Assembly (NCBI GenBank): GCA_007376395.1
Contig: VMGE01000002.1
Coordinates: 13,118-77,117 of the forward strand
Length of the DNA: 64,000 nucleotides
Origin: Microgenomates group bacterium Gr01-1014_5
GTDB lineage: Bacteria; Patescibacteriota; Microgenomatia; UBA8517; UBA10165
Direction: 5' to 3'
Positions 58,171-64,000 of the stretch are shown piece by piece. Made by a program: the position numbers and the translations under genes. The notes beneath the pieces are model-generated. The model did no database searches, was not told where the DNA came from, and saw only the letters and a program-made list of their open reading frames with translations. The first letter of the stretch is position 1. Every line of letters begins with the position of its first letter.

Positions 58171-58199
58171 CAGACGAAAAAAGCACCTACACAGGTGCT
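58171..58199 (-). terminator. terminator-like hairpin plus U6 in the rplC leader (candidate attenuator)
   Basis: On the minus strand, AGCACCT-gtgt-AGGTGCT is followed by TTTTTT and ends 17 nt before the rplC ATG. Confidence 0.45.
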
Positions 58200-58302
58200 C
58201 TTTACCTTTTGGTTTACTCAAGTTTACCCTGAGCTTGCCGAAGGGCCCCTCGTAGGATCATTTACGCCGGAAGTCTAGTTAATACCTCCACTTCTGGCTA
58301 AT

Positions 58303-58331
58303 AGTATATCAAATTGCCTCCAGGCTTGCAA
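58303..58331 (-). promoter_or_regulatory. candidate sigma-70 promoter for rplC and the downstream ribosomal operon
   Basis: Minus strand: TTGCAA, 17 nt, TATACT; about 100 nt upstream of the leader hairpin. Confidence 0.4.
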
Positions 58332-58352
58332 CCTAAACCAAAGCTCGGCTTG

Positions 58353-58444
58353 ACCCCGTTAGAAGTTCGATGTCCTTGAAACGTTGGCAAACAACTATTT
58401 TACTTCTAACGGGGTTGACATGTCTGTGAAAACGGGGTTAGACT
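58353..58444. promoter_or_regulatory. operator-like repeat array overlapping the promoter of the 58456 gene
   Basis: 14-bp perfect inverted repeat ACCCCGTTAGAAGT (58353-66) / ACTTCTAACGGGGT (58402-15) with a 35-nt spacer. A direct repeat AACGGGGTT at 58408-16 and 58431-39 brackets a TTGACA-17-TAGACT promoter. Confidence 0.45.
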
Positions 58445-58455
58445 GAAATTGCTGT

Positions 58456-58980
58456 ATGCCTGCTATAACAGAGACTCTCCGACAAGCAGACGGCGCACCC
58501 CTAGAAATACAAACTCGGGAACCCGCGGCCAGTGAGGCTTATTTAAAACTCGTTAACTATCTGATTAGACTCGGGAAACGTCCGAACCAGCAACCCCACC
58601 ACTTAGAATGGTTTGAAGGAAAGGCGAGAATAGAACTAATATATCCAAACCTAAGACAACCCGTAAGGGTAACCCTAAGCCGGGAAAGCCCGCATTTGCG
58701 AATCAAACATCCTTTATTGTGGGACTCCTGCACCTTAAACGAGCCTTTTAGTGTTTATCGGGTTAAAATAACAGACGCACGTTCAACAATCTTTGTCCCT
58801 ACTACTCACGACTGCACAATTTTCAGAGGGGTAAGTGACATAATAATTTTAGAGAGTTGGGGCGATGTAAAAAAACTCCCAGCAGATTTAACCAGAATAC
58901 CGGGTATTAGTTTTCTGCCAACTGACTGGGAAACAAAGCTAAAACCAAAGTGTGTGGTTCAAATTCCAAACAGAGCCTAA
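58456..58980 (+). CDS. hypothetical protein (first gene of the rplC/rpsJ insertion)
   Basis: 174-aa ORF with its own promoter and operator-like repeats; no motif recognised. Confidence 0.4.
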   Translation: MPAITETLRQADGAPLEIQTREPAASEAYLKLVNYLIRLGKRPNQQPHHLEWFEGKARIELIYPNLRQPVRVTLSRESPHLRIKHPLLWDSCTLNEPFSVYRVKITDARSTIFVPTTHDCTIFRGVSDIIILESWGDVKKLPADLTRIPGISFLPTDWETKLKPKCVVQIPNRA

Positions 58981-59064
58981 CATATCCCCTAAGCCTTAAA
59001 TATGGGTCTTGACAGAAAAAAATCCCTCGAGTACTCTCTGAAGAGAAAAGAATTGTAGAAGCAA

Positions 59065-59766
59065 ATGGCAAACATCGACAGGGAGCATAGAGCTAGACAT
59101 CCGGAAGGTTTAACAACAGCGCAAGAACGCCTGGCTGTAGAGCTCTTTGCAATTGGAGCAGTTAAATTCGGAGACTTTAGGCTTCAATCTCACCAAAGCT
59201 ATCCAGAAGCCCCTCTTTCTCCAGTTTATTTCAATTTTAGAGTATTGCCGCTTTGGCCTGAAGTTTTAAAAACCGTTGCGGGTATCTACCAACAGCTCGC
59301 AGAAAAAGCTCAACCTTACGACGCCTGTGTAGGAATTCCTGACGCAGGAGTGCCCTTGGCAAATGCTTTTTCCTTAAGAACAGATACTCCGCAAATAATT
59401 ATGCGTAAAGAGGCTAAGGTGGGTTATGGCATCGAAGGACAATTTTTAACTCCTCTACCCGATGATGTCAAGACTGTTTTGGTCGTAGATGATTTAATGA
59501 CTACAGCTGGGAGTAAAGAAACTGGGATTGATAAACTGGAAGAGGCAGGGCTTAAAGTGAGCGATGTCATCGTTTTGCTGGATAGAGACCAAAATGGAAA
59601 AGGCAAGAGAAAACTTGCCGAACGAGGAGTCTCGTTCCATGCCGCCTTTACTCTGGACCAGCTTTCAGATTTTTACGCAAGAGTTGGAAAAATCACCTAT
59701 GCCGAGCTTACAGACATTAGAAGTAGACTTGCTAAGCTTACCGAATACCTCGAAAGAAACCCTTAA
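59065..59766 (+). CDS. pyrE: orotate phosphoribosyltransferase-like type I PRTase
   Basis: MRKEAKVGYGIEGQF (the OPRT RKEAK.HG...EG motif), FGDFRLQSH, and the PRPP-binding loop VLVVDDLMTTAGSK. Confidence 0.55.
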   Translation: MANIDREHRARHPEGLTTAQERLAVELFAIGAVKFGDFRLQSHQSYPEAPLSPVYFNFRVLPLWPEVLKTVAGIYQQLAEKAQPYDACVGIPDAGVPLANAFSLRTDTPQIIMRKEAKVGYGIEGQFLTPLPDDVKTVLVVDDLMTTAGSKETGIDKLEEAGLKVSDVIVLLDRDQNGKGKRKLAERGVSFHAAFTLDQLSDFYARVGKITYAELTDIRSRLAKLTEYLERNP

Positions 59767-59786
59767 ACCTCAGAAGGTACGATTTA

Positions 59787-60890
59787 CTATTTTCTCAAGC
59801 CCATTTGTCTAACAAGTGCGTCAAAAGCCGAGTTCGGCTTGGCTATACCTTCAGGTGCAAAGACCGACATACAACGCCAACCGCCACGGCGGATTACCGG
59901 ATAATAAACCAGGGGGCGTTGCGTTGTTATCACCCGATTATCACCCACTATCTGTCTTATAATTTTTTCCAAACTTTCGTGTCCGGCAGTCATCATCACG
60001 GTTCCGTCGTAAAATTGAACCAGGTTAAGGCTGTAAGGGGTGTCGTCGGGAGCCCGTTCTATAACTACAAGTTCCACACCAAGTTTGGTGCACTGATCTT
60101 GTATAAACTTTGCGTAACTCCCCCAAGGCTGTTGATTTTCACTGATATACACTGGTTCTACTAACAAGTAATCTTTACCATCTCGTCCTTTAATAAAAGC
60201 TGCGGTTCTGTCGACATGGTGGTTTAAAAATTCTTCTGAATACCCAGTTAACATATTAATCTCCACGCCGCACGGGAAAGGCAATAACCCAACATTAAAC
60301 CTGGCAGGTAATTGTTTAATATGCTCTGAATGTTTTTTATGTTTCTTAAGATCGCAACCTCGCGGATCTGAGAAAAACAGCTTTGAATTCACCCTTAAGA
60401 CAGCACCCCCTTCTCCAAGGTAAGACATTCTCGAGCGCAATTCTGGCAAGAAGAAATTAGCATCCGGATTTACGAACGTAATCGTATCTAGGTGAACCAA
60501 CATATCGCGCGGAAAACAGGTTGAAGAAATAAGGTGATGCAAATTCACCCCACTCACTCCAAAACGAAACATCAGTTTGAAACAAAGCTCTTCATCGATT
60601 TCTTCTTTGTGGGCACGGATGAAACGGAAAGGAATGTTGTGGTCAATCAGGGCTGACGCGATGTCCGCATATTCTTGCCGCAATTTATCCGCAACAGATT
60701 CTTCAGTCAAGCCAGACTCGTATGCAGCAAATGCCCAACCTTCTTGCCCTTTGGGTATTTGAAACGTAGTTATATAAGGAAAAGTGTCGTCTTGCGGTTG
60801 ATGAAAAATAGGCTCTGCAATAAGAAGAGTTTCACCTGGGGGAATTTTAGGGACTTCAGAAATACGCCCAAGCTCTCGAAAATTAATCAT
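59787..60890 (-). CDS. pentein-fold (amidinotransferase/arginine-deiminase/DDAH-like) Cys-hydrolase superfamily protein
   Basis: 367 aa with a C-terminal RRGGWRCMSVFAPE matching the GGG.(H/R)C(M/W)(T/S) catalytic-Cys signature of guanidino-group-modifying enzymes. The family call is tentative. Confidence 0.4.
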   Translation of the reverse strand: MINFRELGRISEVPKIPPGETLLIAEPIFHQPQDDTFPYITTFQIPKGQEGWAFAAYESGLTEESVADKLRQEYADIASALIDHNIPFRFIRAHKEEIDEELCFKLMFRFGVSGVNLHHLISSTCFPRDMLVHLDTITFVNPDANFFLPELRSRMSYLGEGGAVLRVNSKLFFSDPRGCDLKKHKKHSEHIKQLPARFNVGLLPFPCGVEINMLTGYSEEFLNHHVDRTAAFIKGRDGKDYLLVEPVYISENQQPWGSYAKFIQDQCTKLGVELVVIERAPDDTPYSLNLVQFYDGTVMMTAGHESLEKIIRQIVGDNRVITTQRPLVYYPVIRRGGWRCMSVFAPEGIAKPNSAFDALVRQMGLRK

Positions 60891-60954
60891 AAGAGAACAT
60901 CTTATAGCAATATGGCTCGGAATTCAAGGTTTTGTTGCGGGCGGCGGCGTAAAA

Positions 60955-61293
60955 CTACATTTTGATCTCGATTGAAACTCCAGCTGGTAAATCTAAATTA
61001 GACAATGCATCAATGGTACGTTCGTTGGGATCAAGAATATCTATTAAGCGTTTATGGACTAACATTTCAAAGTGTTCTCGGGCATTTTTATCGACGTGGG
61101 GAGATGTTTGGACAACTGTTAAATGACGCTCGGTTGGCAGAGGAATTGGCCCGACTACTTTTGAACCAACAGAAAGTACGGTGTCAATGATTTTGGCCGC
61201 AGCCTCATCAAGAACCCTATGGTCGTATGATTTTAAGCGTACTCTAAGTCTTCCGAGTGCCATATTTTTAAAGGGCATTAAAAAGCCCCTCAC
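60955..61293 (-). CDS. rpsJ: 30S ribosomal protein S10
   Basis: [40 protein letters not shown]... Confidence 0.9.
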   Translation of the reverse strand: MRGFLMPFKNMALGRLRVRLKSYDHRVLDEAAAKIIDTVLSVGSKVVGPIPLPTERHLTVVQTSPHVDKNAREHFEMLVHKRLIDILDPNERTIDALSNLDLPAGVSIEIKM

Positions 61294-61320
61294 GGGGCCA
61301 CGCGATTCTGACGTTAATTC

Positions 61321-62508
61321 TTAGGCAATAACCTTTGATATAACTCCGGCGCCTACTGTGCGGCCACCTTCACGAATAGCAAATCTGAGTTCCTCTTCCA
61401 TAGCAACAGGCGCAATTAGTTTAACTTTCATCTTGGCGTTATCTCCAGGCATGACCATTTCAACGCCTTCCGGGAGCGTAACCTCACCAGTAACGTCAGT
61501 TGTACGGACATAGAATTGAGGTTTGTAGCCTGAGAAGAACGGTGTGTGTCGTCCACCCTCTTCTTTGTTTAAAATATAAACTTCTGCTTCAAATTCGGCG
61601 TGGGGAGTAATTGAACCCGGCTTAGCCAAAACCATACCGCGCTCGACGTCTTCTTTTTCAATTCCGCGCAAAAGTATTCCAACATTGTCTCCTGCTTGGC
61701 CTTCGTCAAGCATCTTCCTGAACATTTCAACTCCGGTGACAACTGATTTTCTTGTATCGCGCAAACCGACGATTTCAATTTCTTCGTTTACCTTAACAAC
61801 TCCGCGCTCAATTCTGCCTGTAACAACTGTTCCGCGGCCCTTGATTGAGAAAACATCTTCAACGCTCATTAAGAATGGCTTGTCGGTTTCGCGCACAGGA
61901 GTTGGGATGAATTCATCAACTGCTTTCATCAGCTCCATAATCTGTTTTCCGGCTTCTTCGTCGCCTTCAACTGCTTTCAAGGCTGAACCTTTGATAACAG
62001 GAACTTTATCACCAGGATATTGATATTTGCTCAAAAGCTCGCGAACTTCAACCTCGACCAAGTCGACCAATTCCGGGTCATCGACCATATCAATCTTGTT
62101 CAAGAAAACAACAATAGCTGGAACGTTAACTTGGCGAGCCAAAAGAACGTGCTCACGGGTTTGCGGCATTGGTCCGTCAGGAGCCGAGACAACTAAAATT
62201 GCGCCGTCCATTTGAGCGGCACCTGTAATCATGTTTTTGATGTAGTCTGCGTGTCCTGGAGCGTCGATGTGGGCATAATGGCGAGCTTCTGTTTCGTATT
62301 CTAGATGGGTAATATTAATAGTAACTCCGCGCTGTCTTTCTTCTGGAGCGTTATCGATATCGCCGTAACCCATGGCTTTTGTGGTATTACCGGGTTGTTT
62401 TGATAAAACTGTGGTTATAGCCGCAGACAAAGTAGTCTTACCATGGTCAACGTGACCAATGGTGCCAATGTTTACGTGCGGTTTATTTCTTACAAATTTA
62501 TCTGCCAT
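61321..62508 (-). CDS. tuf: elongation factor Tu
   Basis: [22 protein letters not shown] motifs. Confidence 0.95.
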   Translation of the reverse strand: MADKFVRNKPHVNIGTIGHVDHGKTTLSAAITTVLSKQPGNTTKAMGYGDIDNAPEERQRGVTINITHLEYETEARHYAHIDAPGHADYIKNMITGAAQMDGAILVVSAPDGPMPQTREHVLLARQVNVPAIVVFLNKIDMVDDPELVDLVEVEVRELLSKYQYPGDKVPVIKGSALKAVEGDEEAGKQIMELMKAVDEFIPTPVRETDKPFLMSVEDVFSIKGRGTVVTGRIERGVVKVNEEIEIVGLRDTRKSVVTGVEMFRKMLDEGQAGDNVGILLRGIEKEDVERGMVLAKPGSITPHAEFEAEVYILNKEEGGRHTPFFSGYKPQFYVRTTDVTGEVTLPEGVEMVMPGDNAKMKVKLIAPVAMEEELRFAIREGGRTVGAGVISKVIA

Positions 62509-62651
62509 GATTCGTAGCTAATAGTATACAGCGTTTAGCGTATTGGAATCAACTCCCTGTGCGCTAAATGTAAAAACAAGGCATACAAGCCCTGTAGTTG
62601 TTTATTGTAACTGAAGCTATTTAGCCTTGTCAAGTATTAATTTGATTATTT

Positions 62652-63329
62652 TTAGAATCTTGGTCTTTTTAAAGGATCTTTCAGTGCTTCGTATGCAGTA
62701 TTTATTAGTTTCATTTTTCTACTATCTCCGCCTTTGTCTGGGTGGTAAATTAAAGAAAAAGCTCTATACATAGAAAGTAATACTCTTTGTATATCTTCTT
62801 CAGATAGATCTTTTAAAGCTTTTGGGTCAATACCTAGAAGTGTGTAATACTCATGGGGTGTTTGAGTTGAAGCCCTAGTACTTGATAGTTCTGCATTTCT
62901 TGCCCTTAAACTACCAACTTCCACTCTAAGGTTTGCATTTTCACTTCTTTGAGTTGATAAATTAACCTCTGTCTCTTTTAGTCTGGCCTGGGTTTTCCCA
63001 AGTTCAGTGTGCAATAAGTCGCTTTCTCTAGTTGCTTGTTCATATAGCCCCCTAAGATAAACAATCAATTTATCCCTACTAACAAGGTCTCTGCGAAACT
63101 TCTCAACTTGCTCTTCTAAGAGTTCGATTCTGCCCAAAGCTTGAGAGAGTTCAACACCTAAAGGGGTAAGTTGTCTGTGTCTAAAGGATGAAGCAACTTC
63201 ATTTTTATTGCCTAATAATTCTGTGGACAAGGTTTCAAGTATGTTTGAAAATGTCGTCAGAGCCATTTCTTGACCTTTCGGGCTTGTTAAATTTAATCTT
63301 GGAGACTCCATAGGTACAATGAAATACAC
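62652..63329 (-). CDS. coiled-coil protein with C-terminal J domain
   Basis: The C-terminus YYTLLGIDPKA...IYHPDKGG has the HPD motif; the N-terminal ~150 aa are coiled-coil/polar. Confidence 0.6.
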   Translation of the reverse strand: MYFIVPMESPRLNLTSPKGQEMALTTFSNILETLSTELLGNKNEVASSFRHRQLTPLGVELSQALGRIELLEEQVEKFRRDLVSRDKLIVYLRGLYEQATRESDLLHTELGKTQARLKETEVNLSTQRSENANLRVEVGSLRARNAELSSTRASTQTPHEYYTLLGIDPKALKDLSEEDIQRVLLSMYRAFSLIYHPDKGGDSRKMKLINTAYEALKDPLKRPRF

Positions 63330-63371
63330 ACCAGGTGTGGATTACGTTGACACATCGGGTTTTATACATAT

Positions 63372-64000
63372 TTACTCAAGCATAAGATGCTTAATTTTTT
63401 CTAATTCTTTACCGTAATTTTCTTGATCAAGAGCAAACTTTAAATAATCTTTGCCGTTTTTAAAATTCGATAAAACAATATCGGGCACGACAAGCTTATC
63501 TTCTTGACCAAAGACATAAGTCCTTAAAGACGACCAGGGAAAATTTAATAACTCTTTTGCAATAACTAAATAAGAGACAAGGGGATTAATGTGTACATAT
63601 CTTGAAACATGGATTAACTGCTCATCACTCTCTATTCGAACGGCTTTAAACATATCTTGAAACAACGAGCCGCCCCGTTTGTTTTTTGTATTGAAATACT
63701 TTGCGTAGCTGTTCACTGAAAGACGTAAAAAACGCGATATGCCACCCTCTCTTACTTGCTTTAAAAGCAAGTGGAAGTGGTTAGGCATAAAACAATATGC
63801 AACAACTTCTACAATCTTGTTTTTCTTTGCATACATCTCCGATAGATAACTTTCCCTTGTTTCCTTAGAAAGTTGCAATAGTTTTGAGAGCCTTAGCGGA
63901 GGGTCGTAAAACTGATAATAACTAAGAGTTGTCGAAAATCTTTCGTAATCCCTCCTGGTTATAAATACAGGTTGACTAGCAACACCTCTGTTGAAAATAT
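63372..64000 (-). CDS. tnpA: second, diverged IS200/RAYT-like Y1 transposase paralog (5' end off-window)
   Basis: MPNHFHLLLK (HuH) and RYVHINPL (Tyr). The frame continues upstream to the window edge (IFNRGVASQPVFITRRDYERF...), about 45% identical to the 40834 copy. An imperfect hairpin ATACACACC-a-GGTGTGGAT lies at 63324-42 just 3' of the gene. Confidence 0.6.
   Translation of the reverse strand, partial: IFNRGVASQPVFITRRDYERFSTTLSYYQFYDPPLRLSKLLQLSKETRESYLSEMYAKKNKIVEVVAYCFMPNHFHLLLKQVREGGISRFLRLSVNSYAKYFNTKNKRGGSLFQDMFKAVRIESDEQLIHVSRYVHINPLVSYLVIAKELLNFPWSSLRTYVFGQEDKLVVPDIVLSNFKNGKDYLKFALDQENYGKELEKIKHLMLE

Overview
The gene content fits a small-genome Patescibacteria/CPR-like bacterium: no rpmD (L30) between rpsE and rplO, an archaeal-type short AspRS, many N-terminally trimmed housekeeping proteins, and almost every gene on the minus strand. 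This taxon call is an inference.

Layout of the window:
- 1-9.2 kb: aspS (partial), recJ, cca, secDF, a small AbrB/MazE-like gene coupled to secD, an HTH-nucleotidyltransferase-like regulator, and envelope proteins (DUF3048-like, S1 protease).
- About 10.5-18.2 kb: an AT-rich accessory/defence-type island. It holds a Cys-containing PD-(D/E)XK nuclease; a retropepsin-like aspartic protease plus DUF5678-like small protein, flanked by a ~72-nt direct repeat that duplicates the 5' end of the nuclease gene; an HNH nuclease; a membrane protein plus HEPN-like (Rx4H) protein pair; a tiny Lys-rich protein; a type II R-M pair (DPPY methyltransferase plus PD..ExK endonuclease); DUF3800; and a GT28-like glycosyltransferase.
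- 18.6-38 kb: housekeeping genes (zinc-ribbon small protein, HhH-GPD glycosylase, dtd, M23 peptidase, rhomboid, comM/yifB, pyrG, APH-like kinase, zwf, rnpB with promoter and terminator, AI-2E transporter, miaA, hup, rny, recA-recX, pepF).
- 38-41.5 kb: tRNA-Pro(GGG), a DsbA-like/rhodanese pair, NUDIX, and an IS200/RAYT-like Y1 transposase gene bracketed by near-identical hairpin palindromes. A diverged second copy runs off the window end.
- 41.7-62.5 kb: the ribosomal-protein supercluster (rpsI-rplM, then rplQ-rpoA-rpsD-rpsK-rpsM-rpmJ-infA-map-adk-[RibD_C/DHFR-like insert]-secY-rplO ... rplC). A ~2.8 kb three-gene insertion (hypothetical, pyrE-like PRTase, pentein-fold Cys enzyme) splits rplC from rpsJ-tuf.
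- End of window: a C-terminal J-domain protein and the partial second transposase copy.

RNA and repeats: RNase P RNA (rnpB, type A) and one tRNA were found; no rRNA or CRISPR array was seen. Three short duplications of gene termini occur (nuclease 5' end, rnpB 3' end, rplW 3' end).

The candidate novel systems I rate highest are the membrane + HEPN-like pair, the retropepsin/DUF5678 cassette with its flanking duplication, and the rplC/rpsJ insertion with its operator-like repeats and rplC leader hairpin.
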